This document shows, piece by piece, positions 8,341 through 17,019 of a DNA stretch of 28,287 bases. The position numbers and the translations under genes were made by a program. The notes below the pieces were generated by a model that did no database searches, was not told the DNA's origin, and saw only the letters and a list, made by a program, of their open reading frames with translations. How positions within the stretch are numbered: position 1 is the stretch's first letter; the number at the start of each line of letters is the position of its first letter. This DNA comes from a virus (Duplodnaviria > Caudoviricetes), in the IMG/VR virus record IMGVR_UViG_3300016666_000388, positions 1 to 28,287 of that record; one strand, given 5' to 3'.

Positions 8341-10128
8341 TTATACCGATTTAATTACTTCCCAATCATTGTCATAGGCAAAAACTCCAGTTTCTGTCAG
8401 GTTCATTGACACTGATTCTGAATACGAATATGGCTTTTCAGTATATAAATTATAGTGATTTAATATTGTAGCTTCTGACAATGCAGATGAATATATGCCA
8501 ATATTACTATATCCATAACCTGTTGATGAGTTTTTCCATACCCCTGAATCTACCCATGAATTAAAATATATTTTATTTGATACAGGAGAAGATAGAATAA
8601 ATACAATGTGATATATCTCCTCTCCACTTAATAAATTTGAAATATTAGTAGCAGAAGATACATTTTGTCCATTTATATAAATGCTTGAAATTCCGCTTTT
8701 ATTAATTAATCCTGTATTGCCCCAGCTAAAATGAGCGGTACTACTAGAAAATATAGAACCATCTGTTATAGTTTCTGGGGTTGAAAGAATTAATTCAATT
8801 GTGTTAATGTCAGAAATTAAATTTAATGCGAATCCTGCGTCTGATTCTGGCCTAATTCCAGAGGACGTATTTCGCCTTAATACTGGATATGCTTCTGTTG
8901 CCGCAGAAAAATCCCATACGTCCAGGTCGATACTTCCACTAGTCGGCTGTTCTACTGTTATATATTCAGGACCATTATCTGCGTATAATTTTTTTTCTGT
9001 AAAAAATGAAATATTTAATTCTTTTAATTTAGGTTTTATAATTGTAGAATCAACACTATTTATTTCAATATTAACATAAACTATACCTGAATCTGAAAAA
9101 GAATTATTTCCTATTTGCCATTGTGGTAATGCTGATCCATTTTTACATACTTCGTAAGTTCCCGCTGCTCCCGATGGACTAACTGAAACCACAACTCCAT
9201 TATCTGCATTCCATTCGATTTTTGAAGAAACAAAATCAATTCCCGACGGAATAAAAAAATAATCTGAAATACTTCCTGAAGTTTCTCCTTCAACTAAAGT
9301 TACATAATTAGAACTTGAATCATAAAATATATTTGTTGAAGAAAGATCTTTAAATGATCTAGTAAGCGGGTATGAAAATTTAAATGCTCTTGGAGATTGC
9401 AAGTCTGTTCCAGAGAATATCGAACCGCCGTCTGGACCTACTATTTGAATTGGTCTAATTGGTTGAAATGCATTAAAATGATTTAAAACTTGATCTTCGC
9501 TTAAAGAATATCTATATATAGCTGGAGCGTCTACAATAAAATATTCATCTGTTAGGCATGGACCTATTGATAATGTTGGCAATGAAGAATTAGTAAATAC
9601 AAAATCTGTTAATTGTTTCTTTGCAACTACTTGTCCGTTAATAAATAATTTTATTCCATTTTGATCATATGTTGCAACAATATGAATACTTTCAGAAATA
9701 CTATCTGGGCTATAAGCAATATACTCATTATTTACATAAAAATAAATTGCCGAATTTTTAAAATATATTCCTGTTGTAGAGTCTTCATTATAAAAAATTG
9801 GCATATTTGTAGAATTTTGGCTTTTAATATATACCCAAGCTTCTAAACTAAAATCATTATCTGAAGAATATTTATCTCCAAATGATCCTTTGCCCGTTTG
9901 TCCAGTGTAATCTTTGCCTAATGAAAAAGTAATATATTTTGTATCATCTATCATGGTTCCATGTGATCCGCCGCTTACTAAAGGAAAGTTATTATCAAAA
10001 GATGAAAAATTATAATATACTCCATTATTTAAACAACCAGAATAGTCATGTGCTATTGAGCCACTAGACTCATCAAGCGGCCAGAAGCCGATTGGATGGT
10101 CTTTTAATATTCTATAGTAATATGACAT
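8341..10128 (-). CDS. LamG/concanavalin A-like domain virion protein
   Basis: PIGFWPLDESSGSIAHDYSG, FSLEAWVY, HIVATYDQNGIKLFINGQVV and PAIYRYSLSEDQVLNHF. A second degenerate LamG-like segment lies at the C-terminus (YHIVF...IGIYSSALSEATILNHY). Confidence 0.8.
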   Translation of the reverse strand: MSYYYRILKDHPIGFWPLDESSGSIAHDYSGCLNNGVYYNFSSFDNNFPLVSGGSHGTMIDDTKYITFSLGKDYTGQTGKGSFGDKYSSDNDFSLEAWVYIKSQNSTNMPIFYNEDSTTGIYFKNSAIYFYVNNEYIAYSPDSISESIHIVATYDQNGIKLFINGQVVAKKQLTDFVFTNSSLPTLSIGPCLTDEYFIVDAPAIYRYSLSEDQVLNHFNAFQPIRPIQIVGPDGGSIFSGTDLQSPRAFKFSYPLTRSFKDLSSTNIFYDSSSNYVTLVEGETSGSISDYFFIPSGIDFVSSKIEWNADNGVVVSVSPSGAAGTYEVCKNGSALPQWQIGNNSFSDSGIVYVNIEINSVDSTIIKPKLKELNISFFTEKKLYADNGPEYITVEQPTSGSIDLDVWDFSAATEAYPVLRRNTSSGIRPESDAGFALNLISDINTIELILSTPETITDGSIFSSSTAHFSWGNTGLINKSGISSIYINGQNVSSATNISNLLSGEEIYHIVFILSSPVSNKIYFNSWVDSGVWKNSSTGYGYSNIGIYSSALSEATILNHYNLYTEKPYSYSESVSMNLTETGVFAYDNDWEVIKSV

Positions 10129-10134
10129 TCTTTT

Positions 10135-10143
10135 ATTATACTA
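10135..10143 (-). promoter_or_regulatory. -10 element (TATAAT) for a probably leaderless LamG transcript
   Basis: TAG stop, then TATAAT (10140-10135), 6 nt, ATG 10128; no SD. Confidence 0.55.
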
Positions 10144-10746
10144 TACTTTTTTATACCAGAAAAATGGAACCATGTATTTGTTTCCGCTCATGACTTTGCC
10201 TGGATTGTGAAAAAATGGTCTTTCTGATGGGAATATTATTAAGCTGCCAGCTTCTGGTTTCATAAAAATATTTTGTTCTGGAAAACCAATTTCGCCGCCT
10301 TCGTAATCATCGTTTAAATAAAATACTCCCGATATTACTGGATGTTTTGTATCTGTTGGATCTTCTGAATCTACGTGTAAACCCATTTCTGCTCCAGTGT
10401 TATATTTTCTAATAGAAAAATGATCTGGCAAATATGGTTTTTCTATTTGTAAAGAATTACAATAATGAGATAAACAAATATCTGCAATATAATTTATATG
10501 GTTAATTATAATTGCATATTGTAAATCCATATCGCACCCAAATCTTTGATTTGAAATTAATCCTTCTTTTGAAAATCCATATACAAAATTTGGATTATCA
10601 CTAGCAGACCATTTTGACCATGGTGGTATTTGAGATTCTTCCCTAGACCTGTCATTTAATTTTTCAATTTTATCAATAATTAATTTTGAATTATCTAATG
10701 CATTTTTATAATAAAAAATTTTATCATGTAATTTTTCAATTATCAT
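10141..10746 (-). CDS. 2OG-Fe(II) oxygenase, prolyl 4-hydroxylase-like
   Basis: KYNTGAEMGLHVD (HxD), YLNDDYEGGEI, KPEAGSLIIFPS..PFFH, GNKY. Start placed at ATG 10746, overlapping the upstream stop. Confidence 0.9.
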   Translation of the reverse strand: MIIEKLHDKIFYYKNALDNSKLIIDKIEKLNDRSREESQIPPWSKWSASDNPNFVYGFSKEGLISNQRFGCDMDLQYAIIINHINYIADICLSHYCNSLQIEKPYLPDHFSIRKYNTGAEMGLHVDSEDPTDTKHPVISGVFYLNDDYEGGEIGFPEQNIFMKPEAGSLIIFPSERPFFHNPGKVMSGNKYMVPFFWYKKV

Positions 10747-11599
10747 TTTTTTGTTTTCTAAAAAATGGAGTAGAGAAATCAAGCTTAGGATCTTCTTCCC
10801 CTGGTTCTACAACATACTTATGCCATTTACCAGATTTTATACTTTTAACCATTTCTTCATTATAAATTTTAGCCCACTCTTCTTTTCCATATTTTTGTTC
10901 ATTCTCATGCCATTCTTTTGTTCCTTCAAAATTATACATCCAAAAACATCTGATAAAATATTTTTCACCATTTGTAATTCGATCTACTCCATGAAAATAA
11001 TGTGATGTTCCTGTGATTGGATCTCCTGATGGGAAAACTACTACATCTCCTGCTTCTGGCTTATAATCTACAATATCGCCATTATCATCACGTAAAAATT
11101 TTAATCCCCCTCCATCGTAGTCATCATTTAAATAAATTGTACAAGTTATTGCAAATTTATCGCCTGGAGAATCTGCATCAGCACCTCTATAATCAGTATG
11201 ATAATGCATTGCATATTTATAATTTGATGGACTTTCATCATATTTACAAACTGAAATTCCTGCATGAACCCAGTTAGGTAGTTCGACATTATATTCTTTT
11301 TTATAATCTTCTGTTGTATCATAAAAAACTTTAGATATATTTTTAACAAAATCAATTTGTTGTTGTGCGTATTCATCATTAATATCTAATGTAGCATTAT
11401 CTGGAATATCAACTTTCTCTGGGTCGTCTGGCATGGCAATATTCATAAAATCTCCAAATCCATACCAGTCTTCCCAATCTTTAAATACAAAATTTGCAGG
11501 TTGAGTTTTAGAAAATTTTAATAAATCTACATACTCTTTTGCTTTAGGCAATAAGTTTTTATAAACTACAACTCTAGGATATATTATTTCTTTTTTCAT
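10736..11599 (-). CDS. 2OG-Fe(II) oxygenase, prolyl 4-hydroxylase-like
   Basis: MHYHTD, YLNDDYDGGGL, KPEAGDVVVFPS, YFHGVDRITNGEKY. Confidence 0.9.
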   Translation of the reverse strand: MKKEIIYPRVVVYKNLLPKAKEYVDLLKFSKTQPANFVFKDWEDWYGFGDFMNIAMPDDPEKVDIPDNATLDINDEYAQQQIDFVKNISKVFYDTTEDYKKEYNVELPNWVHAGISVCKYDESPSNYKYAMHYHTDYRGADADSPGDKFAITCTIYLNDDYDGGGLKFLRDDNGDIVDYKPEAGDVVVFPSGDPITGTSHYFHGVDRITNGEKYFIRCFWMYNFEGTKEWHENEQKYGKEEWAKIYNEEMVKSIKSGKWHKYVVEPGEEDPKLDFSTPFFRKQKNDN

Positions 11600-12309
11600 T
11601 ATTCTATTTTGCCTTTATATTTTGGTATTACGCCTTTTTCCCTATCCTTTTCCCAATTTTTATACATAACTTCTTGATCTGCACGAACAACTTTTAATTC
11701 TGCTGCCCATGCATCCCTTTGTTCTTGAGTATATTCTGCATCTGCTTTATCCCAAAAAGAACCTATTGTGTATCTAGTTCCAGATTTTACTGTTGTAACC
11801 TCATGTTCATTTCCGTATCCTCCGTCAAATACTGCTAACATTCCTAATTTTGGCTCTATATGTATATCATAATTTTTAAAATTTAAATATCCGCCTTCAA
11901 AATCTTCATTTAAATATAAAAATACTGCAAACTTGCTTCTTTCAAATGCTGTTGGATTTCCTTTTTCATCACTATTATCAGAATGAAAACTTGCAAAAGC
12001 ACCTTCTGTCCATTTTTGTGCATGATATGAAACTTCAGATAACTCTATTCCTAATATTTCTTCTGAAGTTTTTTTAATTTTTTCTTTTAAATTATTAAAG
12101 TAATCTATAGGTAATCCAAATGACTTCAAATTTGGATCTGCCTGCCAAAATCCCATTGCATATGATTCATAGAAAGAAATTTGATTCCATTTTAACATTT
12201 TTGATTCAACTAAAAATTCTAAATATTTTATAACTTTTGATGCTTCTTCTTTATCAATGAAATTAGAAAGAGTAAAAACATCATCTTTATATTTAATTAA
12301 ACCATTCAT
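11599..12309 (-). CDS. 2OG-Fe(II) oxygenase, prolyl 4-hydroxylase-like
   Basis: ASFHSD, YLNEDFEGGYL, HEVTTVKSGTRY. Confidence 0.9.
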   Translation of the reverse strand: MNGLIKYKDDVFTLSNFIDKEEASKVIKYLEFLVESKMLKWNQISFYESYAMGFWQADPNLKSFGLPIDYFNNLKEKIKKTSEEILGIELSEVSYHAQKWTEGAFASFHSDNSDEKGNPTAFERSKFAVFLYLNEDFEGGYLNFKNYDIHIEPKLGMLAVFDGGYGNEHEVTTVKSGTRYTIGSFWDKADAEYTQEQRDAWAAELKVVRADQEVMYKNWEKDREKGVIPKYKGKIE

Positions 12310-12988
12310 CTTTTTTCTCTCCTAACGTTGTTATAGTCCAGAAGAATGGGCAAGTGTATCTAGTTCCGCTAGTTACTTGACTTACACCATGTATATAATT
12401 TTTATCTCCTGGGAAAAAATATGCAGCCCTAGCTTTTGTTTTAAACGATATCCCTTGTCTTGGAAAATGTAATAATCCACCTTCATAATCTTCATTTAAA
12501 TAAAATACTGTGCCAATGTCATACCAGGGAAAATCATTTTCAGTTCCTGCATCAGGCCCTTCATGTAATTCCTTATCAGCATGCGGAAACTGCATGCTAC
12601 CTACTGGCCATCTTACTATTGCAGGATTTGTAGGTTCTGCTTTTACATTAAAAAAGTTTTCAATTGTTGGACGCATTCTCTCAATAATATTCCTTAATAT
12701 AGGTACTACAGTAGGATCTGCTTTTAATAAAGTTGCTAATGTGGCTACTCTATCTTCCCAAACTCTGTGATCATAAATAATGTTTCCATTTTCATTATAA
12801 TGAGATTCTGTAATATCCCATAATTTATTATTTCTTGCAAAATCTAGAAGATGTTTTTGCTCTTCTTCTGTCATAACATTTTCAAGCTCAACAATATTGT
12901 CTGGTTTTTCTCCGAACCAACCTGATGGAGTTATAGAGGTTCTAGCTCTTCTAACATCATAATTTGCTGAATTATCATTAAAATTCAT
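12293..12988 (-). CDS. 2OG-Fe(II) oxygenase, prolyl 4-hydroxylase-like
   Basis: QFPHAD, YLNEDYEGGLL, YIHGVSQVTSGTRY. Confidence 0.9.
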   Translation of the reverse strand: MNFNDNSANYDVRRARTSITPSGWFGEKPDNIVELENVMTEEEQKHLLDFARNNKLWDITESHYNENGNIIYDHRVWEDRVATLATLLKADPTVVPILRNIIERMRPTIENFFNVKAEPTNPAIVRWPVGSMQFPHADKELHEGPDAGTENDFPWYDIGTVFYLNEDYEGGLLHFPRQGISFKTKARAAYFFPGDKNYIHGVSQVTSGTRYTCPFFWTITTLGEKKDEWFN

Positions 12989-12997
12989 TGTATTTGC

Positions 12998-13723
12998 CTA
13001 TGTATACCTTTTCTTTGACCATGTGAATTTTTTATATTGTCCGCCTTCTTTTTTTCTATACAAATCAGCTTGAGCTTGATGCCTTTGTAAAATTTCTGCA
13101 TATGTATAAAATTTAATTTCCATTTCCCAATCTTCTCTTCTAAACGGAATAATCTGTAAATATGGAGTTCCCGCTGGAATTGTTCCTTCAAAATCTTTAC
13201 GTATAAAAAATGGAACTAATCCAGGGGTATCCATTTTATCATTATCAATTATACCAGCAGTTGAAATAAATGGTAAATCAAATCTATTTATTGGATTTAC
13301 GTATATAGCACTATATCCTTCTGGTAAAGATGGGGCCCAATTTGGATACCAGTGAAAATGATCCTCCTCATAACCGTATGGCACAACAAATTCTCTCATT
13401 GCTTGTCTAGGGCCACAAAAATCTTCAAATCCTCTTTCTGTTTTTATTTCAATTTTATTTCCATTTTTATAAAATGTTAAATCGCATGGAGTAACATAAA
13501 GATATCCTGACGTAAATATATCTACAAGCGCAGGACATGCCTTGAAAGAAAATACTTCTCCTCCTAAATGATTAAGATATGTATTTCCATTTTCATCTTT
13601 TTCAAATCTTGAAGCTTTGGAATACCAATCGGGTACACTTTTTTTTGCTGGAATTGGATGAAATTTATTAGAAGACTGATTATATAATCTATTTGAGTGA
13701 AAAATAATTTTATTCATTATCAT
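12998..13723 (-). CDS. DUF6065-like protein
   Basis: PIPAKKSVPDWY, FKACPALVD, LPEGYSAIYVNPINRFDLPF and IPAGTPYLQIIPF. Family recognised by eye; no 2OG oxygenase motif set. Confidence 0.55.
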   Translation of the reverse strand: MIMNKIIFHSNRLYNQSSNKFHPIPAKKSVPDWYSKASRFEKDENGNTYLNHLGGEVFSFKACPALVDIFTSGYLYVTPCDLTFYKNGNKIEIKTERGFEDFCGPRQAMREFVVPYGYEEDHFHWYPNWAPSLPEGYSAIYVNPINRFDLPFISTAGIIDNDKMDTPGLVPFFIRKDFEGTIPAGTPYLQIIPFRREDWEMEIKFYTYAEILQRHQAQADLYRKKEGGQYKKFTWSKKRYT

Positions 13724-14417
13724 AATTTTCTATTTTTAATTTAATTGATTTAACTTCATGTTTTCCTATTTTTCTTCCGTAAGGATCTACAGCATCTCTA
13801 TATAAATCTGTCCATAAACCTTTTACCTTTTCTCTTAAAGAAAGTTCTTTTTCCTCAGAATTATATTTTTTTTGTGGAATATAATTTTTAATATCGCTAA
13901 TTTTAAAAGTATAATCTTCAAGTTTTTTTAAACTCATTGGTAACAATGCTATTATTGGAGTGCCAGCTTTTATTTTAATTACTTTATACGGAGCTGTAAT
14001 TCTCCAGGCGCATGGAAATGGTGCATCAAAAAATGAAGTAGATATTAATGTTGTGTATGGAGATACTCCTTCTATAAACAAATTTGGCACTGGCATCTGC
14101 AACATAGTTGTATTTTCATCTGTTTTTATCATTAATCCTGTATTAAAACTTAAAGTTGCATTACCTCTTCCTAAAGAACAATACTTTTCCCCCTCCAGTA
14201 TTTTAATATGATCTGGAGATGTATCTGTTATTCCATCCCAAACAAAAGATATGTCTTCTGGAAAAGATATTCCTAAACCTAGCCCATTAGATAAGGATAC
14301 AGGCAAACATCTATATGCATGCTTATCAAAAGTTTTATCCATCCAATCTCTTTTTATTGGAAGTTGAAAAACATCAGCTGAGTTTGAACCCATTTTATAT
14401 ATTTCAACATTATGCAT
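13710..14417 (-). CDS. DUF6065-like protein
   Basis: KRDWMDKTFDKHAYRCLPVSLSNGLG and IKAGTPIIALLP. Start placed at ATG 14417 (ATGCATAA overlap with the upstream stop). Confidence 0.65.
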   Translation of the reverse strand: MHNVEIYKMGSNSADVFQLPIKRDWMDKTFDKHAYRCLPVSLSNGLGLGISFPEDISFVWDGITDTSPDHIKILEGEKYCSLGRGNATLSFNTGLMIKTDENTTMLQMPVPNLFIEGVSPYTTLISTSFFDAPFPCAWRITAPYKVIKIKAGTPIIALLPMSLKKLEDYTFKISDIKNYIPQKKYNSEEKELSLREKVKGLWTDLYRDAVDPYGRKIGKHEVKSIKLKIENYDNE

Positions 14418-15111
14418 AATTTTTAGTGTATCTTTTTTCAATTTCTCTATACTCTGGAGTATGCGGTGCTTCTAAATAGTCTAACATTGTTACAATAGAG
14501 TATTTTGTTCCATCAGTTACTGGCATAGCGGCATGAGAATATATATATGAAGATGGGAAAAGATAAAGATCTCCTGCTTTAGGCTTAATTTTTAAATTAA
14601 TTTTATCAAAAAATAACTCTCCTCCCTCATAATCGTCATTTATATAGCCAACTGAAGATAGAACACAGATATAAGAATAACCATGATCGCTATGAACTTG
14701 GAAATGTTGGTTTGGACCATATTTAACAAAATTAAAAGATTCCCAGTAGGTTAGTGGTGCAAGTCCAAACATTGATCTATAATCTTCGACGGGTTTAATC
14801 TGGGCTTCTTTTGCATCTTCCCAAATTTTTTCTAATGCTATTTGATCTTCGCTTTTTTTGCTATCATCAAAATTATTTTTTTTAATTTTAAAATCAAAAC
14901 AATCTCTATACTTTTTATCATTTAGAGAATATCCTGTCATGGCTTCTTTCCATTTATAGGTTAAAGAAGGAATGTCTGAAAACCCCACTCCTTCTGCATT
15001 TGAATCTTTTGATAGTTTACTTTCTAGTCTATTTATTAAATCCATTTCTTTTGTAAATACATTTCTGTAAACAACTATTCCTGGATATAGATATTCTGCA
15101 TTTTCTAACAT
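14410..15111 (-). CDS. 2OG-Fe(II) oxygenase, prolyl 4-hydroxylase-like
   Basis: KYGPNQHFQVHSD, YINDDYEGGEL, KPKAGDLYLFPSSYIYSH, GTKY; AGGAG SD. Confidence 0.9.
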   Translation of the reverse strand: MLENAEYLYPGIVVYRNVFTKEMDLINRLESKLSKDSNAEGVGFSDIPSLTYKWKEAMTGYSLNDKKYRDCFDFKIKKNNFDDSKKSEDQIALEKIWEDAKEAQIKPVEDYRSMFGLAPLTYWESFNFVKYGPNQHFQVHSDHGYSYICVLSSVGYINDDYEGGELFFDKINLKIKPKAGDLYLFPSSYIYSHAAMPVTDGTKYSIVTMLDYLEAPHTPEYREIEKRYTKNYA

Positions 15112-15119
15112 TATTCTCC

Positions 15120-15725
15120 TTAAAGTTTATTATTCTTATTATAGTCTAACATTGTTGCTATACAATATTTGGTTCCCTCTAATACTGGTTCTGCAATATG
15201 AGAAAATAAATATGTTGATGGAAATATTATTACTTGACCCGCTTCTGGTTTTATCCTTATATTAATTTTAGGAAAATAAAGTTCTCCACCCCTGTAGTTA
15301 TCGTTTAAATATGTAATTGTTGAAACTGTACAAATATAAGAATAACCATGATCTGAATGTTCATCAAAATGCTGTCCAATTCCGTATTTAATAAAATTCA
15401 TTGCTTCCCAATAATTCATTTCAATATTAAATTTTTTACAATAATCATCTACAATTGGTTTTTTTAAATCATAAACATCTTGCCAAATTGAATCTAGTTC
15501 TTCCTCATATTTTGGCTTAAAAACAGCGTCCCTTTTTTGTATTTTAATATTTAAACAATTTCTATAATCTTTTGACAAGTATTTATGTCCTACTTCTCCA
15601 TTTTGCCATGATCTTCTTCTATTGCTAGAATCAATGGCCGACTCAAGTCTATCAATTATATTTAAACTGTTTGATATTACATTGGAATAAATAAACAAGC
15701 CTGGAAAAATTTCATTTTTTAACAT
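15120..15725 (-). CDS. 2OG-Fe(II) oxygenase, prolyl 4-hydroxylase-like (paralogue of the adjacent gene)
   Basis: KYGIGQHFDEHSDHGYSYIC, YLNDNYRGGEL, FPSTYLFSH, GTKY. Confidence 0.9.
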   Translation of the reverse strand: MLKNEIFPGLFIYSNVISNSLNIIDRLESAIDSSNRRRSWQNGEVGHKYLSKDYRNCLNIKIQKRDAVFKPKYEEELDSIWQDVYDLKKPIVDDYCKKFNIEMNYWEAMNFIKYGIGQHFDEHSDHGYSYICTVSTITYLNDNYRGGELYFPKINIRIKPEAGQVIIFPSTYLFSHIAEPVLEGTKYCIATMLDYNKNNKL

Positions 15726-16314
15726 AATCTTCTTTCTTGCGTAAGTTTAGCATATTATCTGGAAGAGTGTCAATAATTAAATGAATTCTATCAATATTTG
15801 AAGGATTATCAACTGCATGTGGCATTTGATTATTTATTTCATACCAAATTGATTCTTTCATATTTATAGTGTTATCTGCAACAGTAAACATAATATTGTC
15901 TGTAGTAATTAATGGAATATGTACTCTACGAGAATAATGCAGCAATGCTTTTCCATCAACATGCTTTAAGACTTGAGATTTAGCTGGCAATTTAATAAAT
16001 TCACATCTTACTACTTTGCCCTCATAATAATTTTCTAAAATAGAATAAATTTCTTTTAATTGTTTTTTAGCTTTTTCTGTTTTTAATTCATTATATTGAA
16101 TTGTATTTATTGGAGATCCTGCTACCCAGTCGTAGTCTGTGGCACAAATTCTATACATCTGAGTTTGTCCATGAACTATGGCTCCGTCTTGACGACTAGT
16201 ATCTATAAACCATTCTTTATCATAAGATAATATTTCATTTTTAATATCTGATATTTCAAATTTACCTAATTCTAAAATTGACCATTTAGTATTTTTTTTG
16301 ATTCTTTCGTACAT
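15712..16314 (-). CDS. Aspartyl/asparaginyl beta-hydroxylase-like 2OG-Fe(II) oxygenase
   Basis: KLPAKSQVLKHVD, RRVHIPLIT and WYEINNQMPHAVDNPSNIDRIHLIID follow the AspH/LpxO-family pattern. Confidence 0.85.
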   Translation of the reverse strand: MYERIKKNTKWSILELGKFEISDIKNEILSYDKEWFIDTSRQDGAIVHGQTQMYRICATDYDWVAGSPINTIQYNELKTEKAKKQLKEIYSILENYYEGKVVRCEFIKLPAKSQVLKHVDGKALLHYSRRVHIPLITTDNIMFTVADNTINMKESIWYEINNQMPHAVDNPSNIDRIHLIIDTLPDNMLNLRKKEDYVKK

Positions 16315-17017
16315 ATTCGTATATCTCCATGTCTACTAAATTTAATTCTTCAATTCTTTTTAATTGTTTTTTGGTTAAATCTAAACCTATATTATGAGAT
16401 TGATTATGTCTATCATCATATTTAAATGTTGTGAAATTAAATTGTTTTTTTAATTCATTATTAAAATCTTTTTTAAATGCATTATGATTATCTAAAGTGT
16501 ATACATTCATTTCATTAATAGCTTTTATAATATCATTTATATTTAATGAGTAATCCTCCATGTACCATCCGTTGGCCACTGGGGATGCTCTATGATTTTG
16601 ATCAAAATCAATATTTACTACAACATCTTTATTAAATTGTTCATAATTCATTTTTCCAGTTAGAAATTTTGATTGCATGTTAGAATTAACTTCTACTTTA
16701 TCTCCATATAACCAGGCATCTAATTTTTTATAAATTTCAGATTTTGATCTTATTAATCCTGTTGTATATTTAAAATAACTAATATATCTTTCTATTGGAT
16801 TTCTAACAATTGAATATATAATAGGGTTTTCCATTAAATCTATAGGCAGTCTGCCAAAATGTCCAGAAACATACTCACAATTTTTTATATGATCAGTATT
16901 TATGGTAGTTCTATTTGAAACAAAATGTGGAATCCCACCTGAAATCAGGTGGGGTAGCACATTATTACTTATATATATACCTGATGTTCTAGGTATATGT
17001 AAAAAATAAACTGACAT
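16286..17017 (-). CDS. Sulfotransferase family protein
   Basis: 5'-PSB-like YFLHIPRTSG, SGHF, 3'-PB-like SIVRNPIERYISYFKY and C-terminal N.VD.EIYEY. Confidence 0.8.
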   Translation of the reverse strand: MSVYFLHIPRTSGIYISNNVLPHLISGGIPHFVSNRTTINTDHIKNCEYVSGHFGRLPIDLMENPIIYSIVRNPIERYISYFKYTTGLIRSKSEIYKKLDAWLYGDKVEVNSNMQSKFLTGKMNYEQFNKDVVVNIDFDQNHRASPVANGWYMEDYSLNINDIIKAINEMNVYTLDNHNAFKKDFNNELKKQFNFTTFKYDDRHNQSHNIGLDLTKKQLKRIEELNLVDMEIYEYVRKNQKKY

Positions 17018-17019
17018 TA

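Noticed and set aside
10141-16314. DNA hypermodification (TET/JBP or AlkB) cluster
   Set aside because: The motifs (YLNDDYEGGEL, AspH-type) match peptide-hydroxylase families and the context is virion genes, with no nucleotide-modifying partners. This is not excluded experimentally.
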